Origin: Perkinsus olseni
Lineage: Eukaryota
Assembly: GCA_013115125.1 (NCBI GenBank)
Contig: JABANN010000134.1
Location: forward strand, 1-63,681
Length of the DNA: 63,681 nucleotides
Direction of reading: 5' to 3'
Shown: positions 13,202 to 24,964 of the stretch, one piece after another
Layout of the letters: every line of letters begins with the position of its first letter
How positions within the stretch are numbered: the first letter of the stretch is position 1
Position numbers and translations under genes: made by a program
Notes under the pieces: model-generated
Told to the model about the DNA's origin: nothing
The model's input: only the letters and a program-made list of their open reading frames with translations
Database searches by the model: none

Positions 13202-13514
13202 CTAGTCCGGGACTAGTAGTCCCTCCTCTCGCCATTCTCGTAGCCTCGCCTCCATCGTCACGACCCGAGGGTTCGGTGCATTGCCGAATAGATGCTCGAG
13301 ATTGGCACGGCTAAGAGGGTCTTGACCTGTAGTTATCAATCCGATCCTCTCCTTATACATAACGGTAGACACCGTTCCCGTTGACGATCCTTCACACGTT
13401 GCTGGGGGTTCGCTGAGAATGAGCAGATCGCCAGGAGAGACCTTCTGCTCTCTGTACACGACACTTACATAGGGCTCCTCCCGTACGGAGGTACCCACTC
13501 GTTACAATGAGTGT
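13202..13514 (-). mobile_element. Degenerate retroelement-like fragment (dispersed repeat copy 2)
   Basis: Homologous to 2641-2727; truncated ORF. Confidence 0.4.
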
Positions 13515-13924
13515 CGGCGCCAAGGGGGATTCCTCCGATAGTAGATAGGGAAATACATCGAACGCTCACGAATGTCGAACTGCCAGCAAGTCCATGAGCT
13601 CATACAAACAAAGCTGGACGAATGTTGGCGCAGTGACAAACTCAACACACGCCCTAGATGCTAGATTGAAAGGCGCTCAGCTGTGGTGTGGTTGTAAAAT
13701 CAATAATTAGAACAGGCACGACTTTGACTTCACTCGCGAGAAACGAACCGTTTCACCCACGGTGGGCCGATATACATGTGTCAGGACTCTTCAGACATTA
13801 CAGTCGGGAGCGGCAGGATCCCCGTGATGATGATCGATAATCTTGGGCGACTGTGCAAAGTGAATTGTACTGCCTCTGATCGTTCGCCGAGATAGCCTTC
13901 CTCGGCTGGGGGTAGATCTCACTT

Positions 13925-16330
13925 CTACAGATAAGCATGAAGACACTGAGTCAACGCTGATGCCTCACCTCCCTCGGGCTGCTCCAGCTCGAGGTTACGA
14001 GCAGCGGATACCTCATTCTCGGGGATGCAGAGTCGGACGCTCTTTCTTGGTGGTCCTGCTGGCTCTGGGCTGAGAGTCTCAATCGTCAAACTCGGGCGAA
14101 AAGGGTCAACGACGCGAGAAAAGTAACGGATGTCGTGGACCCTCGATACCCGACTCACAGCGGGGCAGCTTCCCCATCACTTTGAGTGTCATCGCTTTCA
14201 ACGGACTCGTCATCGGCCATGGTGCCAGACCGCACGAAGCGGGCCGATTTGTCGCAAGTCCGAGAGAGCTGAAAGCAAACGGCTTCGACTCGACTGAGCG
14301 GGTGCCATGGCCCCTACCATAACAGTGTGTGACTTCATCAGTATCGGCATCAAGTCCCGTGTAACACAGTCCAGAGTAGTCTCTCGTCCAACCGTGAAGG
14401 AGCTGTCGTTCCGCGGGGACGAACCGACGCTGACCGAAGCGTGGCGGTTGGCATCCCGTAAGATGGACGTTACGTAGTGTTGCTCGACTTGGAGAGCAGG
14501 TCTCCATGGCCGGCCTCTGATACTCCGACCAACTCGGCATCGCCAGGACAGCTCGGCTGTGTCGATAGAGCTCCCGGTAGGTCCTCACTGCTGCTGCTGT
14601 GGACCGACGAGGTCGGAGTATCTGAGATGCAATCACAGGCGGTATGCCAGGAAGGGCAAGGGCTCACTAGAAGTACACGGGGACGGGGTAACGAGATCGA
14701 GCTGGGGAGAGGCGACTACAGCTTCAGGGATGTCGAGCCGAGTCGACTTGCGCTTGCCTTGCTGAACCGCCTTCCGTCGAACCTGCAACCATTTTTCGAA
14801 TGAGCCCTGGGGGATTCGAACCCGGGACCTCTTGAATATCGCGATAGTCAAGCCGACCATCGCAATTCGCATCCATCATATCGAAGGTAGTACCTGCTCG
14901 TGGTCCGTAACGGAGAAAGCTCAACTCGATCCTCGCTCACCGCAGTATTTTAGATCCTTCTCGTCGATCCTCTGCAGCTGCAGCAGCATCCAGATCAAGA
15001 ACTCATTCCTCGTTATAAACCTTTCATACACATGCTCCTACTGTACTTCTGCGACACCCTTTGAGTCTCACTTCGGACTCTGGCACAAGCCGAGCCTCTT
15101 GAGTTCCTTGAAGGCCTTCGACAGCTGATCGAATGCCCTAGGGTCCAACTCGTTGCCGAACTGATGCAGCACCTACGTGGGAGGTACCCGGAGGCTAACG
15201 CGACGGAGCAGCGACCCACCCTCCGCTCCGCCTTCGCCCGCTGTTTAATAAGAGGTATGCTCGCTAGACTTGACATGGTGCTGGCTCCCACAGCAACTCC
15301 GATAGGTATGAAGAAGATCGTGAAGACCTTGGAGGCGCTGGATGTCAGCTGCAAGTTGCCGTATCCAACAGTGGTCACTGTCTGGACGCACCAATAGAGC
15401 GCCTTGGGGCCACCCCAGCCCTCGAGGAGACCAATCACTCCGGCACCGACGCAGAGGGTCTACATGCGGCAACAGTGGCACGACGAGAGGCGATCAGAGT
15501 CATCTCACGACAGCTAGGCGGGCAAGGGATGTGAGGAGATGTTTCCGAAGGAGCCTATTCTGCATCAGCGACTGCTCGCATCGTTTCATGTGAGATTGTT
15601 GAACCGCCTTGGCCATCTCAGTCTCGGTGGTCTGGACCCACTTGTTGAGCACCTGTCCACATGCTGTATGGTCCAAAGAGCACTGCAGCCCCACACTGCT
15701 CACCAGCCCCGCGGAGTACGCCGCGATGCCGACTCCTAGGATGAGGTAGCAACAGGCAAATATGGAGCTGGTCGTATCCAGAGGGAAGCTCATGTCACCA
15801 TATCCAACTGTCGAACCCGTGACGATGAGAAAGTATCTAAGCTCACGCCATCTAAAGGAATCAATATTTATCCGACGGCGTAGGTGAGAAGGCGCCGGCC
15901 CGATGCAATCTCAATGGCAGCTACGAGCCTCGGACAGGATATAAGCCAGGCGATCGACGCGCGGTCCCCAAGACTACGTTGAATCCACTAGACTCCATCC
16001 GGCCCAACAGAGGCAGTAGAGCAGTCCTGCTCCAGTGTAGAAGGATATGCAGATGATGGAGTGCTTCCACTCTTCCCAAGGCGTCTCTTCGTCCTTCAGT
16101 GAGCGTAACGAGGAGTGCTCTTCGTTCTGATGTACTCGACCATGGCTGGACTCTTGCCGACTCGGAGAGCTCGATGGGGATTCCAGCGGCACAAAAGGTG
16201 ACGATGGCGTGAAGGGGCAAATCATAGGTAGACAAACAAGCACTGTGGACTGGGTGAGTGATACAGGAGCGCCAGTCAGCCATGCTTGACTTATACACAC
16301 AGTAACTCCTTTGAGAGGAAGCCCTATCAT
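13925..16330 (-). CDS. Two-pore-domain K+ channel (plant TPK/KCO-like) with a C-terminal EF-hand; multi-exon
   Basis: Two selectivity filters (YFLIVTGSTVGYGD near 15800, ALYWCVQTVTTVGYGN near 15360), four hydrophobic segments, EFLIWML and EF loop DANCDGRLDYRD. Start is 16225 or 16330. The tail through ORFs 14106..14636 and 13925..14158 is tentative. Confidence 0.85.
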
Positions 16331-16381
16331 TCAATCCCATGATGAACACTCTTCATGCAGCATTGGATGGCAGCAGTTGAA

Positions 16382-18314
16382 CTACCCCGCTATAATCTTC
16401 ATCAACTTGCTCTTTCTGCCTCTCTTCTCAGGCGTCTTTTTCTGTTTGGCCGGCGAGACAGCAGGGCTGCCAGCTGAGCTTTGTCCGCTCATTCGAATGG
16501 TTTCTTCCTCCATGATGGCGCTTGGGTCGAAGCCGCCGCCCACATCACTGCGGGAGATGTCTCCGACTGTAGCCGGGGCGACGATGTCGATCGCAGGACT
16601 TCCTCCTGGTTGCGCGGATGCTCCGGCTGCTACTGGTGTCTTCTGTTGAATATCGCTGCTTGCGAGGGTTATTACCTATAAAAGCGGAAAGCTTTTCACT
16701 ACCGGCTGCTGATAAGGCCGCGGAATCCTAATGAAGTTCGCTCGTTCACTCTCGAACGCGATGGTCGAACCGAGGCTCCCTGCCTTACTGTCTTAGCACT
16801 ATGGGAAGGCACGTGACTTAGCTGCCCTGGCTGGCGATGAGCATGCACGACGTCGATGGCATTCCTGCATAACGTAGTCACACCGCGGCAGAAACCTCCC
16901 CGAACTTACACTTCATCGAATGGGTTCAGAGATGGAGAAGGGAAGGGATTGATACCTGTTATGAGTGGTTGGGTGCCAGGCGGATGTGCACCGTCGTGCC
17001 AGCATGACCTTCATGACTTCCGCCAGCTCGGATCGACTCGGCTCTTCTGTAGACGCTTGCCAACGGTCTCGTGCACTCCTCCATCTCTTTCGTTATCGTT
17101 GACAAGTATGAGCATAGCTGACAGCAGCGAGATCCATAAGGCTTTGCATCAAGCGGAAAGGAATGGAGCGATGCCTACCAGGCCAAGCAGCGTGACGAAC
17201 TCCTTTTCGCGGGTGGCCAGCACACCACTCAGCCTGTCTCGGGCCTCGCGATCCATCTCCTCGAAGGAATGAGTCGCCACACTGTGCTTGAGCTTGTTCT
17301 GACATTCATAGTGTCGAAGCGAACCCTCGCTACCGGCTTCGCTAGCCTAGTCCCACCCTGTCGAACTTCTCGGCAGGAGTTTTCTTAGAGCCCTTCAACT
17401 TCTTCACTTTCACTTCATAATGCGCCATTAAATTGTGCGCACGATCACGGTCTCTGAAGGGTCAGCGAGGCAAGCATAGTTCCCGTCAAGCGCCTGAAGC
17501 TTCTCGACGACGGCCAGCAAGCGCCATCACCGATTGAAGTGGATTGGTTCTCCCTTGTCCGCATATACGGAGAACCGCTGAGCCCGAGGAGCACGCTGGT
17601 CATCTTGGATGCACCACGGGTCACCAAGATGTAGGCAGAATGTGGTACGGAGAACGATCGAATCACCGAGCAGCACGAAGCGTCCCTGCTCTTACGTAAG
17701 CATAGTGCCAATATCTGACCCCTGCTTCATCAGCTTGCTCGATGCAAACTTCATGCCCTCTAGGTTACTGCCTCTACCACGGATGGTGGTCTTGAGGTGG
17801 TCCAAGGCTTCGCTCATAGTCAGCCTTATTGGTGCGTACTGAATACCCGATGGGAGGTGGAAGAGGGAACACACCGACCGCGGTCCTAGGCGGGAGACCG
17901 CCTACCGGGTTCTCATCCGGGAAGAATGACTTGGCGGACTCCATCAGCTCGTTATTGGCGCTCGCGAGCTGCTCCATGATCCTGGACAGCGTGTCCACGG
18001 TGGTGTTGAATATCTGTGCCAAGAAACGCCAACAAGATCCATGGCATCGGTGACTTGGGTAAAGATATTCTTATTCGTGCCACGCACCAATTCCACTCGG
18101 AGACCGGAAATAATAATCCGAGTCCCGAGAGGACCTTGCAGCGTTCGAAGAAGTCCGAGGCCATCGCTCTCTCCCCATCGAGTGGGTCCCCCTTGATCCG
18201 CTTTACTCCTCGAATCTGTTGATAGAAATACTTTGAACACCTTAACACCCGTCCGGGAATGGTCACCTTCTCCTTAATTTTGCGGAGTGTCTTGGATTTC
18301 TCAAAGAACGGCAT
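16382..18314 (-). CDS. BAR-like coiled-coil protein, paralog A
   Basis: Spliced model MPFFEKSKTLRKIKEK|IRGVKRIKGDPLDGER...TDRDRAHNLMAHYEVKVKKLK..KFDR|NKLKHSVATHSFEEMDREARDRL, followed by a low-complexity tail ending KLMKIIAG*. Confidence 0.7.
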
Positions 18315-18698
18315 TCCGCTTGGAAGCAATAATCAACTGGCAATACATTACATCATGCACTCCCAGTGTGTAATGGAGCCTTTTCATCGCGGCTCGCCAA
18401 ATGATGAGGCAAACCCTACCGCACATGGGACTCATCACGCGAGACTTTTGACCGCCACTGAGGGGAAACGCTCAACGGCTCCTATCTGGGTAATTGACTA
18501 ACGCAATGGGTGTCGCTTGCAGTGATACTATTGCTCGTACGTTATAGGCATCAGCTCAAAGAGAATAATTATTACCGGAGTGCTTTTCGATATTAGCGGA
18601 TAGTCGACCGTAAGGGACATGATACATAACAATGCTGCTTCCTTGCATGGAGATGATGACGATGATACTACAGAAAATGAGAGATGGCGGCGGTGGAG

Positions 18699-19892
18699 TT
18701 ACACCATCATGAAGGGCGCTGAAGGGGCGTCCCTCTTTTGCTCACTCATCGGGACCTCGTAACTAAGACAACGACAATTATGACTGAGCCGCCATAGAGG
18801 GTCCCAAGACTTACGGTGCTATCCCCGACATAGACTGGTTGATAATGGATGCACCAGAATTCTGATTGTGGAACGGGAAGGGGTCCTCATCACGCTCCAC
18901 TTGCTGTCTGACCATCGACGGTACTTGGTCAGTGAAGGTTGTTATACCCTGCATGCCAGCCGACGCAGTCACTCCCAGGTACCGGGAGTACTGACAGGGA
19001 AACACTAACAACGAGAGGAGGCTGCAGAGCAACAAACTCACCTCTGCGATGATCTTGGCAAAGTCAGCATCCTTCCCTTCGAGCAGCTGCGACATCTCCG
19101 CTCTTACTTGATTGTCCAGCATGATGAAAGACTCTTGTGCCATACGGTGCTTCTCGACATTCTGACACCTCTAGCTCCGCAAAGAGAGACGCTTCTCATG
19201 CCTACCCGTGCCAGTCTCTCCTCACCCTTGACATCCTTTTTAGAACGTTTGGAAGCATCCGTCTTGAGGTCCTCAATCTTATGGTTGTAATGGTCGAGGT
19301 CTGCATACGCCCGGTCGCGGTCCTTCAACTTCTGCTGCAAGTCCGCGTTGCGCTGCACTAGCTTCTGTGCCTCCCCCACAGCCGCCTGTAGCTGCGGTCG
19401 AGAGGCCTGAGCCGACTGCTGACACCGGCTCAGCTGGTCAGCGAAGAGGGAGATGGACGGTGCATACTGAGGAACGTGAGCAACTGCTGATGGCACGCAA
19501 GAAATGGCGACTCACCCCGCTTTCCTGGGTAGAACTGGGCGTGCTCTCAGAGGGAGTTACCACGTCTCTAGATTGCTTGACAATATCCAACTGGGTGGCG
19601 GCCATTTGATCGGTCAGATTGAGCAGCTTCACCAACTGCTGGTGAAAAGCCTGAAGAGGCGAGCGATGCCTTGAGTACGCCGCTACACTTTGCCCTAGAC
19701 CTTGCCTGAGCCTTAGCCGCATGGTCCAGTAACGCAGCCCTTTGCTTCTCCAGCGGGTCAGATGATATCGCCTTGACACCAATAACCTGAGCATCAGAGA
19801 TGCGCCCACAGTGTGACTTGGAGGAGCCTCTGGCTGCTGTCACGTACCTTGTCGGTGAGATTCCGCCAAGTCTTGCTTGCAAATACTACCAT
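18699..19892 (-). CDS. BAR-like coiled-coil protein, paralog B
   Basis: MVVFASKTWRNLTDK|VIGVKAISSDPLEKQR...RDRAYADLDHYNHKIEDLK..KGEERLAR|NVEKHRMAQESF...|YSRYLG. The 3' end is uncertain. Confidence 0.75.
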
Positions 19893-20596
19893 ACACTGGT
19901 ATTGGACAGTAATGTACTACCAGAGGGGCAACACTCCCAACTTACAGCGAGGGCCGCCTTCGATTCAACGCAACAGATAGTGAAAACGGTAGTACCTTCG
20001 ATCAGTACACTGGAAAGGTTACGAGTAAATAAGGGCGCTGAATGATTAGATAGGAGCCAGAGGGAGGTAGAAGGATCGCTAGTAGAACCCGAGCTCTCCC
20101 GCCTTCCGACTGAGTACGGTAAGACTGCTTCTCTGAAGGAAAGCGCCCATTGGGTGGCTGGGTGTTGACAGCGTGGCCATGCCCAGTCCTGGTTTAGCAG
20201 TAGAACTTGAGGCAAAAGCCATCAGCAGAGGAAATGCCCTCCCATACGTATAACGGAGAGCATTCTGATGGACAACAGCACCCAGCCAATCGAGTTATCA
20301 GCGACGATTCAGTCACTGATCCACCACCACCAGCCCACAAAACACTCGGCGATCGAGAAACAGCACAGTGACTAGGGCGGCGTACTATTGGAGTATAATA
20401 TGCCCATACCAAGGACTCTAGAGGGCCAACAACCCACATGTAGAGTCTCTGGCAGGAGCTCAGCCCTGGAATGATGAGTCAATAAGACAATGTTAATTGG
20501 AGGAATGGTTTCGACTATGAGGGTTTGAATGGGACAAATCGGCCGATCACTGAAGAAGCCGCGGGCCCTGGCGGCACCTGCCCGCGAGGGGATAAC

Positions 20597-22015
20597 TCAA
20601 TGCTTGACGGCAAGGCACGGGTTCAAGTCGAAGGATGAACGGTCGGCGATCGCTGGGCTCGTCGGCTGGCCCAGGCGCTCAGGTGTCGCTGTGGACTCCA
20701 CTGTGCGGAGTAAAACCGGTGGGCTAGGTAGTGAAGCAGCTGGATGACCGGAGGCCAACCTTCACCTGAAGATGACAACACTCGAGGATCATCACAACTA
20801 CCAGGAGGCGGGGAATTTACGGTATTATGAATCGCAGGTCAGGAGGCGGAGCGGCCTTTCTTACATTTACACGAAGAGGCTCCCAAGTCACGCCGCCCTC
20901 AAGTCACGGAATGGCTTACGATGCGAGCCCAAGCATTGATTGCTCAATAATGGATGCACCGGAATTCTGATTGTGGAAGGGGAAGGGATCTTCATCACGC
21001 TCCACTTGCTGTCTGACCATCGACGGTACTTGCTCAGTGAAGGTTGTTATACCCTGCATCCCCGCAAAGGCTGAGACTCCCAGGTACCGAGAGTACTGAC
21101 AAGAGGTAGGCACTGCGAAGAAGCCTTGTCGACTGTATCGCGCACCTGGGAGAGTATCTTGGCGAAGTCAGCCTCCGTCCCTTCGAGCAGCTGCGACATC
21201 TCCACTCTGACTCTCTCATCCAGCTGGATGAAGCGCACTTCCGCCATACGGTGTTTCGCCACATTCTGACACCTCTAGCTCCACAGGGAATGGCGCTTGC
21301 CTCACCTACCCGTGCCAGTCTTTCCTCTCCCTTGACATCCTTTTTAGAACGTTTGGAAGCATCCGCCTTGAGGTCCTCAATCTTATGGTTGTAATGGTCG
21401 AGGTCTGCATACGCCCGGTCGCGGTCCTTCAACTTCTGCTGCAAGTCCGCGTTGCGCTGCACTAGCTTCTGTGCCTCCCCCACAGCCGCCTGTAGCTGCG
21501 GTCGCAACGCCTGGAGAGACTGTTCACATCTGCTCAGCTGGTCAGCGAAGAGGCATATGGCCTGTGCATACTGAGAACAAGGCAAATCCTCGGTACCGTC
21601 AGCCTTCCGAGAGTATACTACTACCCCAGCCCCGCTGTCGGCAGTAGAGCAAAGCGTGCTCGCCTCCTCGTCCTTGGCAGGAGGAGCGATCACTTCCCGC
21701 GACTGTCTTGTTATCTCCAGCTGTGCGCTGCGGATCTCGTCCGTCAGATTGGAGAGTCGTACCAACTGCTTGTACAGGGCCTGATAAGTCGAGCTAGCCG
21801 TAACCGAGGCCACAACGGCTCACCTCAGCCTTGACGGCGTGCTCCAGGACTGCCGCCCTCTGCTTCTCCAACGGATCGAACGGAATCGACTTAACGCCAA
21901 CAACCTGGCAAATCGACAGTGGCCACCAGCTAACGGTTGAGGCGCAGCTGCGAGCCCACCCCTTCACTACCTTAGCAGTGAGATTTCGCCATGTCCGGCT
22001 CGCAAAAACAACCAT
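20597..22015 (-). CDS. BAR-like coiled-coil protein, paralog C
   Basis: MVVFASRTWRNLTAK|VVGVKSIPFDPLEKQR; same motifs and intron positions as B. The 3' end is uncertain. Confidence 0.75.
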
Positions 22016-22248
22016 AAAATAGTACTGGAATTATGATCAACTGCAAGAATAAGAGCAACCCTTCCTGGTCCTGGACCAGCCCCAACGAAACGCAAGTGAA
22101 TAGAAACCCTTGGGCACCACAGAGGAAGCAGAGAACAACAAGCGATTAAATTTTGAAAGATTCGTCACGGAGATGAGTCAGGAGCGGCAGAAGTCTACCA
22201 AATTGAGATGTACTACGATGATGCTTCTAGCAGATAATAATTACCCCT

Positions 22249-23509
22249 TCAGGCAACCGGAGGCAGCTGCGGATAGGCCGAGTCACCATCGCCAACTACT
22301 TGGACGTCAGCAGGAATAGGAGTGTCTTTTTTCGGTCCTTCCTCAGCAGGAATTGGAGTATCTTTTTTCGGTCCTTCCTCAGCGGGAATTGGAGTGTCTT
22401 TTTTCGCTCCTTCTTCAGCGGGAATAGGAGCGTCTTTCTTAGCTTCTTCCTCTACCAGGCCAGGGATCTCTCTGCTGTACGTGTCCACATCCTTGCCGTC
22501 TCCTGCCGCTATCACGCCGATGTATCGTGAGTACTGAAGACAGTACCATGTACGGTCGAGGACAACACGATAGCCCCCCCACGCCACTGCTGGTGTTGAC
22601 TACCTCCGCTATGACCCTGGCGATTTCCCCAACCTTCTGCCCGACGAGTCCTTTCATATCGTCACGCACCTCCCGATCCAACGCGGTGAAGCGCTCTTGG
22701 GCCATGCGATGCTTATCAACGTTCTGACATGTGGCAACCGAAGAGTTCGACGAGAAGCCTTCACACGGATGACCTATTTCACAACAGTACTCCCTGCCTA
22801 CCCTAGCTAGCCTGTCATCCTCCTTCGGATTGGGCTTTGATTTCTTAGCCAGATCAGCCTTGAGATCAGTGACTTTTTGGTTATAGTGGTTCAGCTCGTC
22901 AAAGGCTCGATCGCGACTCCTCAGTTTCTCCTGCAGGGCACCGGTACGTTTGACCAGTTCCTGCGCCGCTATCTTGGTCTTGTCCAGCTGCGGCCGGGCA
23001 TCACGCGCGGTTTTGTTCTGCTCTGCCACACGGTCCACGAATGTAGCTGTTGCCCGGCTGTACTGAAGGATAAGTAACCAATACATCTCCATGAAGAATC
23101 CACTTGACTCTAACGCCCATTCATCGCGCCAGGTTCACGTTGACGGATGCAATAACAAGACAGCGAGCACCCTCCGTACCCCGTCTGTGGGCTCCTGAGC
23201 TCCTTTCCTGTCTCTGCCCACTAACGTATCCTCATCCTCCTCAGGAGCATCGATGAGCTGAATGTCTTTTAGTATATCCTGACGTACTTTGGTAACCTCA
23301 TCCGTCAAAGTGAGCAGACGAACGATGTGCTGATGTAGGGCCTGGAGACACGAGGAAGGTTACGCATAGTACCAGCCCAGGCAAGATCAAGAGGCCCCCG
23401 CTATTCTCACTACCTGAACTCGTCCTGCATAGTTGGCCAGCTCCTTTCTCTCCTTCTCCAACGGATCGGAAGTGATTGCCTGCACACCCATAACCTGATC
23501 AGCAACCAT
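22249..23509 (-). CDS. BAR-like coiled-coil protein, paralog D, with a 12-aa repeat tail
   Basis: VMGVQAITSDPLEKER...RDRAFDELNHYNQKVTDLK..KEDDRLAR|NVDKHRMAQERF|YSRYIG. The start may be further upstream (ATG 23613). Confidence 0.75.
22308..22450 (-). repeat. Coding tandem repeat, 36 nt x about 4 (KKDTPIPAEEGP)
   Basis: Near-identical 36-nt units such as cagcaggaataggagtgtcttttttcggtccttcct. Confidence 0.9.
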
Positions 23510-23967
23510 CTCTTCAACATAACACACCGACAGCAGGCGCGACTGAAGCAGTTCCAACCCCAACGCCTCTAAGAATGTCGAATAGGAGAAACGCAGGGCT
23601 CATTCCCTCCAGATATCCACCCTACTACAGTATTCGTCAAATTCCGCCAATGCCTACTGGAGAACACTACCATTACTGTCTAATAAAAACAATAGAACGC
23701 TGAATAACGAAAAGATGGAGGATAACTCAGCAGCCTGTCGCAAGCACCCTTCATTCTTGTAGGGTAACCTCCACTAAAGCCCATTGATGCCAGGACAACA
23801 ACAAAACAAAGTCGCATACTTCAAACGGGGAAACACACCGTCTTGTCTACAACGACAAGATTCCATTAAAACACACTTTGGTGATAATAACTAACCCGCA
23901 GGGTCGTCAATAGTGACGACTGCTGGGCATATGAATAGAGGCTTGCGAAGAACCCTTCAGTCTCCTT

Positions 23968-24964
23968 TTACTCATCTTGAACGATGGTAACCTCAGCGCC
24001 TCCGATGACTCTGTGACGCTCGCCCTCATCCTGCTCGTCATCATGATGATGCCTGTGATTCTCCTCCCCATCACTCGAAGACGCAGAGCCTTCACGATGA
24101 TGACGTCTGCCGAAGAGACCACGGCGACTACTGTGGTGACCACCTTCGGACGCAGAGCTGCCGCTGCTGCTGCTCGAAGATGACGACGAAGAGCTGCTAG
24201 AATCGTGGTCAGTAGAGCGCTCGGCCATGAGGACAGGCTCCGGAACATCTCTCATACCACGGCGAACCTCACGCGGGACGTTCTTGACCAGAACCGACGC
24301 GCTCTCACCAGCAGGGGCGCAGAAACCGAGGAAGCGGGAATACTGAAAGGAGAAAAGATGAGGTAATCGAAGTTGGATCGAGGGAGAGGTAAGAGCTAGC
24401 GAAAGCAGATTGAGGCTCTTACCGGCGAAAGCATCTTGGCGTAGTCAGCACCGGGGCACTCCACCGACTGATACACTTTCATAGCAGTACCACGATCAAT
24501 AGCTCCGAAATCCTCTTCAGCCTCGAGACGCCTGTAATGGGCAGCAACCTGAGTGGATAAGCAATGTAGAGGGAATGACAAGACTAACCGAGATATGCTC
24601 ACCGCATCAGCCCTAGAAAGAGCACGGTCCATCTTGGGCTGAGCGCTTTCGACGGCATTACGCCAGGCTTCTGCCTGCGTTAGATACATCTTGCAGGCTT
24701 CACGGAACTGAGCAACAAGAGAGCAAAATGGACCATAGAGTCTACCAAGACAAGTCCGTCTCTTACGTGATCGCTCTCGCGGTCGCCAGCCTCATTAATG
24801 AGCTGCTCCTCGAATAAACGAGCAACCTCTGTCTGGGCCTCGGCCAACTTCTCCATGTAGTGCTTGACCTTCTCCATCTCATCCTTCAAGTGCTCAGAAC
24901 GTTCAGCACGCTGCGGCAAACTCTCCTTGAAATTCTCGAGTCTGTCGCCGTCCATGTGCTTCAT
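23968..24964 (-). CDS. BAR-like paralog E, internally shortened, with a Ser/His-rich tail
   Basis: MKHMDGDRLENFKESLP...KLAEAQTEVARLF..|FREACKMYL..AQPKMDRALSRADA|VAAHYRRLEAEEDF..ADYAKMLSP|YSRFLG; poly-Ser and His-rich C-terminus. Confidence 0.65.

Noticed and set aside
14801-14835. tRNA-like T-arm/B-box GGTTCGAATCC on the minus strand
   Set aside because: The T-stem pairs poorly, there is no D-arm or acceptor stem, the upstream sequence encodes the channel's EF-hand, and the motif sits in a 46-nt intron.
22308-22450. CRISPR-like 36-nt repeats
   Set aside because: No unique spacers, in-frame coding repeat, eukaryotic context.
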